Part shown: positions 8,604 to 19,700 of the stretch, piece by piece
How the letters are laid out: the number at the start of each line of letters is the position of its first letter
How positions within the stretch are numbered: position 1 is the first letter of the stretch
Assembly (NCBI GenBank): GCA_019429005.1
Contig: JAHYJR010000003.1
Location: 1-64,000 of the forward strand
Direction of reading: 5' to 3'
DNA length: 64,000 nt
From: Nanobdellati archaeon
GTDB taxonomy: Archaea > EX4484-52 > GLR71
Translations under genes and position numbers: made by a program
The notes under the pieces: model-generated
Seen by the model: only the letters and a program-made list of their open reading frames with translations
What the model was told of the DNA's origin: nothing
The model's database searches: none

Positions 8604-9278
8604 TTAATCCAAACTAAAACCATTCTTAAAATTCCATTCAAGCGGATTATTAAGATAATCCTTATAATTACCAACACATAAAGAATCAGTTTTACCAGAA
8701 ACCACACCATAAACTAAAAAATTATCACGTTTTACCATAGAATGTAATTTAACACTAATAGATTCAAGAGCCTTTTCAGCACCAAAACTATAATCAACAA
8801 CACTAATTATATCTGTAACTTCTAAAGAATTATTTCTCAATGTTTCAATAGCTTTAATAGATGAAACTCCTGAATTAGTAACATCTTCAAACACAAAAGC
8901 ATTTTAACCCTCTGAGATATAAGACTTATTAAGACCTATAACACTATCATTTTTAACATAATCTTTTGAAACTCCACGAACAGATAATAAAGGTAATCCC
9001 AATCTATCAGAAAGACTTGTAGCAAACGGCACACTACCTGCAACAACACCAGCAACACAATCAAAACTAAAATATTTAACAATATTATAAGCAAGATTGA
9101 CAACAAATCGTCTCTCTGTTATACGCCCTGAAAGGTCCTTAAAATGCACATAAAAAGGACTCTTATAACCCTAAGCATAAACAAAAGGTTCTGAAACCTA
9201 TAAATTCCTAATCTCTATAACACCTGTATCCCACAAGATATCATATAATCATCCATTATAACAATAAGAATTTACCAT
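8604..9278 (-). pseudogene. pyrE: Orotate phosphoribosyltransferase pseudogene
   Basis: One 225-codon frame reads MVNSYCYNG*LYDILWDTGVIEIRNL*VSEPFVYA*GYKSPFYVHF...DCVAGVVAGSVPFATSLSDRLGLPLLSVR...EG*NAFVFEDVTNSGVSSIKAI. PyrE motifs and the PRPP loop are present, with four in-frame stops (TGA, TAG, TAG, TAA). Confidence 0.85.
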
Positions 9279-9315
9279 ATAAACCAATTTCAAATTAATA
9301 TTAAACTATAATTTA

Positions 9316-9657
9316 TTACTGTATTCCATACATAAAATAAAATACAACATAAACTATAATTACAAATGCTAATACAAAAACAATAAAATCAAATATAAAA
9401 CCATAACGATTTTTCATTTTATATAGTCTTTTCAATGTGCATCGTAATGATTTATAAGATCTGACAGGGATATTAAAAATATAAATAATGAAATCATAAA
9501 AATAATCCAAAATATTTTTATAATGTATCTTAACAATCATTTTCTTATAACATCTAGGACAAAATTTTGGAGTACTATGTTTAAAACCAAAATGCCATTC
9601 ATAATCACAATGATTACATCTATAATTAGGTTTTGAAACCGACTTTTTGATAACAAT
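9316..9657 (-). CDS. Zinc-ribbon protein with C-terminal TM helix; start codon non-canonical or frameshifted
   Basis: The frame of ORF 9316..9540 stays open upstream to 9663 and encodes YRCNHCDYEWHFGFKHSTPKFCPRCYKK. No ATG/GTG/TTG lies before the ribbon in this frame. Confidence 0.6.
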   Translation of the reverse strand: MVIKKSVSKPNYRCNHCDYEWHFGFKHSTPKFCPRCYKKMIVKIHYKNILDYFYDFIIYIFNIPVRSYKSLRCTLKRLYKMKNRYGFIFDFIVFVLAFVIIVYVVFYFMYGIQ

Positions 9658-9668
9658 CCCCTTTTAAT

Positions 9669-11384
9669 TTATTTAGAATTCTCAACTGAATCTTTTGACG
9701 GTTCTATTCCAGTACCGTGTAATTCCTTTAATTTATAATAATTAGCTCTAACTAAATCATAAACCTCATCAATCTTAGGATATGACTTTTTCTTAAGTTC
9801 AGCATATTCATTTAAAATATCCTGATATAAAGACTGTGTTTTACCTATATCCTTAGCATCTACCGCCTTATCAAAATCAGACATCAATGAATCAATCTTT
9901 GCTTTATCAGCATCATTATCAACAACTGGTACCGATTCAGACCCATCTGTAACTTCTTGCGTCTCACCTTCAGACTCTTCCACCTTTTTACTTTCAGCAT
10001 CAGAAGGTAATGGTGTTTCAGATGAACTTTGGATTATATTATCTGATGATTGTATATTTTCATATAATGCTTTGATTGAAGAATAAATTACATGAACTCT
10101 TGGATTCTTATCATTCTGTAATTGTTTATAAATATCAATAACCCGTAAATATAACGTTTTTGCCAAAATTGTATTTCTTTCAGCTAATGCATTATTTGCT
10201 TGTGTAAGCATACCATATATATCCGTTTCAACTTGATCTAAGGATGGTATTAATGGCACAACAGGTATATCTTTAGGCATAACTTGATTCGTACTTATAG
10301 CAAATTTAGGTGCTGTTTTCTCAACATGAATATGATGCTGTTTCTCAACCTCAAGCAATGCTTTTCCAATATCTTCAATAGAATGTTCAACTTCGTTATA
10401 TTTATCAGATATATCTTCAACAGATTTCTGTTTTTTTTCAATATCTACAAGATTTAATGTCATCTCTGACAATTTAAGCATAATATTATCAACAGAACTC
10501 TTAAGCAAAGCAGTACCTTTAGTATAATCATCTTTAGTCACAAGACTTTTGGATTTAGTATCAAGAGAATCAATTTCAGATGTAAGATCATTTACAATAC
10601 CATCAATATTATCAATCTTTTCTTGAGATTCTATCAATCTTGAAATCCTATCAGAAATATCAGAATATAAACCTTCAACTTTTGCAGCCATACGACCTGT
10701 ATATTGCTTATCCTCTTCAAGCTTTTTAACCTGATCACGAATTTTACCATAAACATCTGCAAGATTCTCAAAACTTCGTATCTTTGACATCTGTTCACGA
10801 TATGCTTTTAACTCAGTTTTAATAGTATCAACAAAAATACTAACCTTTTCAATCTTTACAGTATTATCAATAATCATTTTTTCTTTCTCATTAAACAATT
10901 TCTCAATGCGCTGTGGATCAAAACTTCGAGCCATATCACTTATTTTTTCATAACCCATCTGTATTGAATTAAATGTCTTTTCACGATCAAGAATCATAGA
11001 CCTAAGTTCTCCAATCTCTTCAGTAAGCATAGATATACGCTCATTTAATGCATCTCTAGTACCAACCTCAGCCTCAAGCTTACCTTCAAGCTTCTCAACC
11101 TTTAATGTCATATCATCTAGACTTTTTGATAAAATAAATACTTTTGAATATAAATCATCCTTAGGGACTGATAATTCTTCTTCAACTTTATCAGAAGTGT
11201 CCTCTTTCTTTTTACCAAAAATCTTATCCATAAGACCTTCTTTTTTTCCAAAATCAATTTCAATTTTATTGAAATCATCTGATGTAAGGATATCTGATTC
11301 TCGCTCATCAGTATTAGTTTCTTTAGAATCCGCTGCAGACTCATCTTTTTTAATCTTATCTGCATCATCAGCCATACATACCAC
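9669..11384 (-). CDS. Cytoplasmic long coiled-coil protein with two C-terminal helical-bundle repeats
   Basis: Heptad-rich aa ~80-350. Two similar helical units AKTLYLRVIDIYKQL...IYSSIKALY and TQSLYQDILNEYAEL...VYDLVRANY. No TM or signal peptide. True start may be ATG at 11375. Confidence 0.75.
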   Translation of the reverse strand: MVCMADDADKIKKDESAADSKETNTDERESDILTSDDFNKIEIDFGKKEGLMDKIFGKKKEDTSDKVEEELSVPKDDLYSKVFILSKSLDDMTLKVEKLEGKLEAEVGTRDALNERISMLTEEIGELRSMILDREKTFNSIQMGYEKISDMARSFDPQRIEKLFNEKEKMIIDNTVKIEKVSIFVDTIKTELKAYREQMSKIRSFENLADVYGKIRDQVKKLEEDKQYTGRMAAKVEGLYSDISDRISRLIESQEKIDNIDGIVNDLTSEIDSLDTKSKSLVTKDDYTKGTALLKSSVDNIMLKLSEMTLNLVDIEKKQKSVEDISDKYNEVEHSIEDIGKALLEVEKQHHIHVEKTAPKFAISTNQVMPKDIPVVPLIPSLDQVETDIYGMLTQANNALAERNTILAKTLYLRVIDIYKQLQNDKNPRVHVIYSSIKALYENIQSSDNIIQSSSETPLPSDAESKKVEESEGETQEVTDGSESVPVVDNDADKAKIDSLMSDFDKAVDAKDIGKTQSLYQDILNEYAELKKKSYPKIDEVYDLVRANYYKLKELHGTGIEPSKDSVENSK

Positions 11385-11517
11385 ATAAAAAGAGATACTT
11401 ATAACTATTTATATAAGACAATATATATAATTAACTAAAAAAGGTGCTACAACGGTATTATATACACAAAATAAACGAATTTAAAACACGATTATACTTT
11501 TAAAAAGCAATAAAACC

Positions 11518-14500
11518 TTATTTTTTCTGAAGTTTCAAAACATTATCTTTCAAAGTATTTATATAAATTTCAGCCATCCTAAACCGACCTTCTTTCAATT
11601 TATCTTTTGCTAATTTTAATTCAAGCAAGATATCGGACACATCAATACCTTTTGCTTCAAGATCATTAATATCCTTTTCAAGAGCCTCTAATACTTTAGC
11701 AAAAGCATAATATTGATTAAGATCTTCTTCAGGTATTTTATGGGGACTATGCAATGTTGGCCTAAAACTGACAAACCATGGCTTACCATCATTATAATGC
11801 GGATTTTGTATCATAGCAGTACCGATTGCTTCTCTAGAAATTCTACGTGCAAATTCCTCACCGTACTTACTTTTAATTTTATTTATATCTTCCATACTTT
11901 TTGTATTAAGTTGGATTTCACTAAGGATATTACCTGCAACAGCCTCTTTAAAATCAGCAGATACCTGAGACACCATTATAAGACCAATACCCCATTTACG
12001 AAATTCACGACATGCTTTTTCAAGAGCGATATATCCACCTTTACCACCATATTTTTCTAAAAGCCTATGAACTTCATCAAACACAATCAAAAGACGCATC
12101 TCGGGAGATTCATCCCAATGCATTGCAAAAATAGTATCAACAATTTTCATCACAGCCTGATCATATTCACCTGGACCAAGCTTATTCAAATTAAAAACTG
12201 TAACTTCACCAGGATTCATATATTTCTTAAAATCAACTTCAACATCAGGCGAATCTACATCAAAAATCATACCTTTAAAGGGTTTTGCATCTTCAAGATT
12301 CATATTGAAATCAGCATATTTTGAAGTTAAATTTACATCTTTACAAGCTTTTACAAATCCTGTCCATTGACTTGTTGGATCAAATATAACAACAGGTATT
12401 TTTTTAAGAAGTGCCTCTTCAACAAATATACTTGCAGTAACACTCTTACCACTACCAGTACTCCCTGCAACAAGCATATGGGTTGTAATGTCATCAGGAT
12501 TATACCACGCTTTGATATCAGTTTCTGCAATTTTTCCAATACTAAGTGCTCTTTCAGATTTCATTGGAAGTTTAGTATAATCCAAAGGAAATACATATCT
12601 TGCCTTATCTTTTTTACGTTTTGCAAACCATTTACGAACATACCACATTCCACCCCCTAATATTATTGAGAATAATAAGAAGGTTGATGTCATTATACGG
12701 TCTTTTGTCCAGAATACAAGAAAGACATTGAATGATTTAAAAGTACTACCTATCTCCTCACCATTATAAAGCGCATAAATTTCCATCACATAATTACCTT
12801 CAGGAAGTCCAAAATCGGGTATTGAAAATGATTGAATCGTTGAATTAGAAGATTTTAAAAACATTGTTGAATTAAAAGATGCAAAGATGTCATCTGAATC
12901 TATTTTTTTTACATTATATATTAATGTAAGCTCAAAACTCTCCATATAACCATTATTATAAGCTGTAAGCTGTATTTTCATTTCTTCTTCAATATTAAGG
13001 TTTGAAGGCAAAAGATCCATTGACATAGTTATTAAAGAAACCTTGTCAACAGAAACAAACAATGAAATTGGAACACGTGTCATTTTACCATCTGCATCAA
13101 AAATAAGATTTCCAGAATATACACCAGGAACAGCATCAATAGGTACCGAAATTTTCAATATGTTTGAAACTTTACTCTTATTATCAATAGATTGTGTAAC
13201 AGATTTAAAAGAAACAAATTCTTCAATATTTTTACTTGCTGTTACCCTAAGAATATATATTTTTTCGTCCATATTATTTAATATAGTAAAATTAAAAATC
13301 TGTTTAGACCCTGGTGTTATCACAATTTCAGATAATGGTAGATTGACCGAAACAGCACCGATAAGACAATCCATAGGACAGTTCTGCTTACTTTCATCAG
13401 TTTCACAAATATAATTACCACAATATGTTGTATAACAATCATCTATACAGGTTAATTCTTCTCCAGGCTCACACACACGATTACCGCATACAGCACAATC
13501 TTCAGGACAGTTAATACCATCCTCACCAAAACCACAGACCCTATCACCACAATAAGATTTTGATCCGCCAGATGAATAAGGAGGCACTATTGGTACTTCT
13601 TCTTTATCTTGACTAGATGTTGTCTCTTGAGACACAACAAACGCAGAACTGAAGGTCAGATTATTTCCACCAAGATATGTAAAGATTATCTTATTAATTG
13701 AATCAACAACAGTATCTTTAGATACCCATATAATATCATATAACCAATCATCATTAAAAGGAAGCAAACAATTTCCTAAAGGACATTCAAATATTGTTGT
13801 CTTCAATGTTTGTACAAACGGATTATTTGAAAAATTAAGATATATAGAGGAATTATCATAAGGCCTATCTGAACTAAAAGCAAGACCAATTAATTTTTTA
13901 TCTGTATACACATCAGGAAGATATGCTTCACTAAGAGATGGCCTTAAACTAATATTATTATAAATCGATTGAAGATAAAGTGGATTCGTTATATTTGATG
14001 TGAAATTAAAAAAATCCATATTATTAAATTTAATCCTATGCACATCATTAATTGTCTGAAGCGTAACAATTGATAATACATCATAACCTCTAGAATAAAT
14101 TATATCTGAAATATTTGCACTTGAACTATTAAAACTAAAATTATAAACTAATTGATCATCTACAAAATTTGTACCAGGACGATATAAATACAATTTGCTA
14201 GACATATAATTACCGAGAATTTCTGAAGGATACTGATACAATGTTGTAGTTTTTGGCTCAGAAATAACAAACATATGCGATACATTTGATTGAAACGAAG
14301 CATTTGTGATATTACCAGAAACAATATTGCCTGACGTTATATTTACCGAACTTACCAATATATTCCAACTACCAATACAATATTCTGAGGACACATTCCA
14401 AGAAGAACATTCAAAAAATTCTATGGCTTTAGGATTATCACCACCCGTAATATTTGAATTATGCATATAACCCATAGATATTTTTACAGAAGAATATTCA

Positions 14501-15687
14501 AAATAATTCTTAGATAAAATTGCAGATACAGTATAATTCAAATAAGACACATTATCAGAAATATCTATATTATCTATAGACACATTATCAAAATAAACTG
14601 AATCAATTATCTCACTAGCACCATCACCACCTTTAATATTTGCAGATTCAGTAAGATTGACATCATAAAAACTAAATAAATAAGATTGACCATTATGTAA
14701 AACTGAAATAACTATATCATAAACAGCTTTCCGAGCAGTATCATTATATGATGTATTTGATGAGATAATACTATACAATTCTTTTGAAGTTCCCGGTCTA
14801 TAAAATGTAAAATTTATATATACCTCACTGCTTACATTTTGAAACTCACTGATATTCCCAAGAAAATGAAGCGGAAAATATGCTTCAAACCATTCTGAAT
14901 CCGAAATAACATTCCCACTTGTGTCTACACCATACAACACAATATCATACTCACCAATTACAGAAACATTATAATCTATAACCCATAACCCTCCAGAATC
15001 AGATAAATTAATAATTGATTGAAATGATGTATTCTGAAAATCATAATTAATCTCAGCCCAAACATAAGATACATTAATATTATCTGTAACATTTGCAATA
15101 ATTGTTATATTCTCATAAATATTTACAGAACGGTTCACAGCTAAAGACTGTATCACTGGTAATATATTATCATATAACGTAGACACAACAGTATTACTAT
15201 CCATATAACTAACATTATCTGCCGTATTTAGAAACCATGTAAAATTACCTATTTTATTTGGAGTAAAAGCATCAAACCAAACATCTAAAGATTGTCCTTC
15301 AGTAAGATTACCTGTTGTAGTATTACATATAATAACTGCAACATTAATGCCAGTATCATTTTGAGAAAAACAAGACCAATTTACATTAGATATATTTATT
15401 GTAGATTGATTAACTAAAAAATAAGAATAACTCGAACCATTTTGAGGAACATTTATTACAATCTCATAAATTGTATCATTTGAACCTACACCATTTGTCA
15501 CACCAAAATTAAATAAAGCAGATGTATTTACAAGAACAGAAGTACTGCCACCATTAATCTCAAAAGAAACATCTGAACTATGCAAAGCATACACAGACGA
15601 TATAAACACAAGATTAATTAAAACTAAAAAAAAACTTATACTAAAAAGAGCTTTAAAAAATATAGAACATCTATTTTTAGTATTCAT
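11518..15687 (-). CDS. Surface glycoprotein fused through one TM helix to a cytoplasmic HerA/FtsK/VirB4-type (DUF87-like) ATPase (short paralog)
   Basis: Signal peptide (...ISSVYA), NxS/T-rich beta domains, CGD/CGN Cys repeats, TM IMTSTFLLFSIILGGGMWYV, Walker A GSTGSGKS, DPTSQW, Walker B LIVFDEVH, REFRKWGIGL..VSQ. ATG at 15687 preferred because AGGTG lies about 10 nt upstream; the ORF track starts at GTG 15699. Confidence 0.88.
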   Translation of the reverse strand: MNTKNRCSIFFKALFSISFFLVLINLVFISSVYALHSSDVSFEINGGSTSVLVNTSALFNFGVTNGVGSNDTIYEIVINVPQNGSSYSYFLVNQSTINISNVNWSCFSQNDTGINVAVIICNTTTGNLTEGQSLDVWFDAFTPNKIGNFTWFLNTADNVSYMDSNTVVSTLYDNILPVIQSLAVNRSVNIYENITIIANVTDNINVSYVWAEINYDFQNTSFQSIINLSDSGGLWVIDYNVSVIGEYDIVLYGVDTSGNVISDSEWFEAYFPLHFLGNISEFQNVSSEVYINFTFYRPGTSKELYSIISSNTSYNDTARKAVYDIVISVLHNGQSYLFSFYDVNLTESANIKGGDGASEIIDSVYFDNVSIDNIDISDNVSYLNYTVSAILSKNYFEYSSVKISMGYMHNSNITGGDNPKAIEFFECSSWNVSSEYCIGSWNILVSSVNITSGNIVSGNITNASFQSNVSHMFVISEPKTTTLYQYPSEILGNYMSSKLYLYRPGTNFVDDQLVYNFSFNSSSANISDIIYSRGYDVLSIVTLQTINDVHRIKFNNMDFFNFTSNITNPLYLQSIYNNISLRPSLSEAYLPDVYTDKKLIGLAFSSDRPYDNSSIYLNFSNNPFVQTLKTTIFECPLGNCLLPFNDDWLYDIIWVSKDTVVDSINKIIFTYLGGNNLTFSSAFVVSQETTSSQDKEEVPIVPPYSSGGSKSYCGDRVCGFGEDGINCPEDCAVCGNRVCEPGEELTCIDDCYTTYCGNYICETDESKQNCPMDCLIGAVSVNLPLSEIVITPGSKQIFNFTILNNMDEKIYILRVTASKNIEEFVSFKSVTQSIDNKSKVSNILKISVPIDAVPGVYSGNLIFDADGKMTRVPISLFVSVDKVSLITMSMDLLPSNLNIEEEMKIQLTAYNNGYMESFELTLIYNVKKIDSDDIFASFNSTMFLKSSNSTIQSFSIPDFGLPEGNYVMEIYALYNGEEIGSTFKSFNVFLVFWTKDRIMTSTFLLFSIILGGGMWYVRKWFAKRKKDKARYVFPLDYTKLPMKSERALSIGKIAETDIKAWYNPDDITTHMLVAGSTGSGKSVTASIFVEEALLKKIPVVIFDPTSQWTGFVKACKDVNLTSKYADFNMNLEDAKPFKGMIFDVDSPDVEVDFKKYMNPGEVTVFNLNKLGPGEYDQAVMKIVDTIFAMHWDESPEMRLLIVFDEVHRLLEKYGGKGGYIALEKACREFRKWGIGLIMVSQVSADFKEAVAGNILSEIQLNTKSMEDINKIKSKYGEEFARRISREAIGTAMIQNPHYNDGKPWFVSFRPTLHSPHKIPEEDLNQYYAFAKVLEALEKDINDLEAKGIDVSDILLELKLAKDKLKEGRFRMAEIYINTLKDNVLKLQKK

Positions 15688-16790
15688 ATATCTATACACC
15701 TAACTTAGTTAGATTTTCAGCAAGAGAATTGATATATATTTCGGCCATCCTAAATCTACCTTCTTTAAGTTTATCTCTTGCAAGTTTTAATTCAAGACGT
15801 ATATCTGAAACATCCTTACCTTTCTCTGAAAGGATATCAATCTTAATTTCAAGATTATCAAGTTTTGTAGTAAATTCTTTATACCTATTAAGATCTTCTT
15901 CAGGTATCCTATGTGGACTATGCATTGTAGGCCTGAAATTAACAAACCATGGTTTACCATCATTATATTTAGGATTCTGAACCATAGCAACCCCAATAGC
16001 TTGCCTTGATATCCTCTCAGCAAATTCACTACCATACTTGCTTTCAATTTTATTTATATCCTCTATACTCTTTGTATTAAGCTGTATTTCTGTAAGAATA
16101 TTACCTGCAACAGCCTCTTTGAAATCTGCAGAAACCTGAGAAACCATTATAAGACCAATTCCCCATTTACGGAATTCACGACAAGCTTTCTCAAGAGCAA
16201 CATATCCACCTTTACCACCATACTTTTCTAAAAGTCTATGAACTTCATCAAACACTAAGAACAATTTAAGATCTGCAGATTCTTCCCAAGTCTCCTTAAA
16301 TATTTTAGCAATAATTCTCATAACAGCTTGATCATACTCACCAGCTTTAAGCTTATCAAGATTAAATACAGTAATCTCACCAGGATTCATATATTTCTTG
16401 AAATCAACATCAACATCAGGTGTTTCAACATCATATATAAGTCCTTTAAATGGCCGTGCATCTGAAGGTTTCATATTAAAGTTAGAATATTTTGAAGTCA
16501 AATTTACATCTTTACAAGCCTTCACAAATCCAGTCCACTGACTTGTAGGATCAAACACAACAACAGGTATCTTCTTAAGAAGAGCTTCTTCAACAAATAC
16601 GCTCGCAGTAACACTCTTACCACTACCTGTACTCCCTGCAACAAGTATATGTGTTGTTATGTCAGTTGGATTAAACCAAGCTTTAATATTTGTCTCTGCA
16701 ACTTTTCCAATATCAAAATTAGTTTCAGATTTCATTGGAAGTTTAGTATAATCAACTGGGAAAACATACCTTGCTTTACTCTTCTTCTGT
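11518..16790 (-). repeat. Paralogous ATPase-coding segments (~11518-12610 and ~15692-16775)
   Basis: Ungapped ~360-aa domains differ at about 78 positions by manual comparison (~78% identity), with shared nucleotide tracts such as AAATTTACATCTTTACAAGC. Confidence 0.9.
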
Positions 16791-19700
16791 TTCTGATACC
16801 ATGTGTATATATACCATGTAAGCATTACAGTTGACAATAAGATAATCCAATATCCAACGATTCTGATTCTCATTGTATTCCAAAATGGTTTCATAATTGT
16901 AAATGCACTTGTAGCTGAAGCCATACGATTACCTTCATAAGTAATTATTGCTTCAACAAAATAATTGCCATTCTCTAACTCAAGCTCTTCAAGAGCTATA
17001 ATATTAATTGACGAATTTGACGAAATAACATTAAGATTTTCTGAAAAATTATAAACCATTTCAGAATTAAAATCTTTGATAAGATACAATACATCAACAT
17101 TAAAATTCTGCTTAAAACCTTTATTATATATAATTATTTGAGTCTTAAGAGTACTATCAACAGTCACTTCTTTAGGCATAACATCAAATACAACATCAAG
17201 GAATCCTGCACCACTATATGTTACAACAAGCCTAACAGGCATCCTCTTAACAAAACCATCACCATCTAAAAGAATATCTCCTGAATAGGTACCTATTTTG
17301 GTCTTATTGCTAACTTGTAAAAATGCCCTATTTGAAACAGTATCTCTTGATAACAATGACGTTTTAGCTAACTCAAACCGTATGAATGGTTTCAAATTAT
17401 CAGACACATCAAAAACAAACTCACCAATATCAAGATCCATATTATTTGTCACTTCAAATGGATATGTTCTAGATTCGCCTGGATATAATATTACATCATT
17501 CAAATCAGTCTCAACACTGAAAGGTCCTTCAACACAATCAATTTCACAATTATTTTCATTTTCACCAATATCACAGATATAATTACCACAATATGAAAAG
17601 ACACAATCTGAGAAACATGTGAATTCCTCACCAAATTCGCAAATACTATTACCACAGACAGCACAATCTTCAGCACAATTAAAACCATTCTCACCAGCAG
17701 TACAACTACCATCACCACACACATTAAGTGTTCCAGCTGTACTTGCCCCACTAGTTGAAGGCATAACAGCTTGCTTAAAACAAGAACCACAATATTCAAC
17801 AGCAGCATATGCAGATGTCTGACTAGATACATAACTAATCTTATTATTAATCATATCAACATAACTTTCATTATCAACTGAAATAACTCCTGATTCTACA
17901 CTTTGTTTCTTTATCCAACCTGATGAACACACACCACTCTGAATATCCCAATTAGCACAACGATACATATCAATATTACCTTCGTAACTGATTGATTTTC
18001 CTGAATTTGAATAATCAAGAACAATTGTCATATTTGAAAAGATCATATCTGTATGCACAGATATGGATGAAAGAGCTCCAATCTCAGCTGTCCTTTCAGG
18101 TAAAGATAATATAGACGGATCAACATAACCAATAAAGAATGGTGACTCAACAGATGTTGTATTTATAAAACTTACATTACTAAATAATGCACTCCCATCA
18201 AAAGCACTAAGCTTAACATCATATAATCTCTGTCGCATAGTCTTATTATAAACCGCCGTAGAACTATTTTGTTCTAAACTTGAAAAATGATCAAGAACTA
18301 GATTTGTACCAGGTCTATAAAATACAAAATTAACAGCAATAGGAATAGCCGAGATATAACTATTTGCACCATAATCTGTACTATAACCATTAAATCTTAA
18401 TTCAGGATAAACATCAAAAATGCCCATCTCTTGAGACAAAAGACCATTAGTATCATTTGTAAAAAAGATAACATCGTAATCACCATAACCATATGTCTTA
18501 TCAAACATAGCATCCCAACTATTTCCTGAAGATACATTAAATTGAGGTATATTATATCTTACAGATGTAGGCTGGTATGATATATTAAGGTCATCAATCC
18601 AAACACTGCCTTCATTTGATGATACATTTAAAATTGCAGTACAGTTCCCAACAGATGTTAATGTACATGAATCAAGATATGCTTCTAATGCAGATGTTTC
18701 AAGTGCTATATCAATCTTACTAGTATTTGAAAATTCGCCATCATAAGACCATAATACGTTATCTGTACCAACAAGAGTTATTAAAATATTATCAGGAAAC
18801 GGTGGTCCACTAACAGCCTGAAGTGTCATTGTCATATTTCGTATCTGCACATATTTACGCATATCAAGATATACCATATGAGACGGTTGTGAATTAAAAT
18901 TAACTACAACTGGCGATGCATTCACAAAGTTTGTAATTGTCTCATTTGGCATAAGTGTCATATTAGGTGTTATATAATCTACATAAGCCCATACTGTATC
19001 AATACCAGCTTCATCTGTCACATTTATATCTAAAACGATAGTCTCATTTATATCTGCAGAAGATATATCTATATAAAGTATCTCAGGTTCATCTATATCT
19101 GGAACAACCTCAATTTGTATTGTTAGATTGTCCATACACCTTGATGCATTTTGACAAAATGTCCCTGTAGCATTAAAAAGAACAACTGCGGTATATGTTC
19201 CAAATGACTGATTCAAAGGAACGCCAACACTAACAGATACAACATCATCAAATCTCTTTGTTATGCTTGAGATAGATACAGGTTCATATGTTAAAGACCA
19301 GTTAATATCCATATTTCCAGATGCTTTTGAATATTCAATAACCCAAAGATCTTCATTACCAGTTGCTCCAATAGTTACATTAAAGATTTTTGTTTCACCA
19401 GGAACAAGAGATGCGGTTATATTTTTTGAAGATGGTACTAATAAACTTAATTCTGGACTTGACAATACAATAACATTAGTCAAATTAAATAATGATGGAC
19501 CTGGATATGTATTTGATTTTAACCATGAAATAATTCCTTTGATATCATGTGTATTTACAGTTGCATCAGCTGTAACATTAACTGTTAATACTTTATGACA
19601 TATTGAACCTGGCGCTATGTCACCACAACTTATCTTATAGTTATCAACAAACGTGAAATTATTTGGTACTAAAATTATGCCTTGAGTCGCATCAGGATCA

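Noticed and set aside
8604-9278. Stop-codon recoding or alternative genetic code in pyrE
   Set aside because: Three different stop codons are involved, and TAA, TAG and TGA all terminate intact genes elsewhere in the window. Pseudogenisation is simpler.
9669-11384. SMC/Rad50 or chemoreceptor annotation for the coiled-coil protein
   Set aside because: No Walker motifs, hinge or zinc hook, or MCP hairpin signature is visible.
11518-16790. Canonical HerA DNA-repair helicase
   Set aside because: No N-terminal HAS barrel, no nurA/mre11/rad50 neighbours, and the ATPase is fused to a TM helix and ectodomain.
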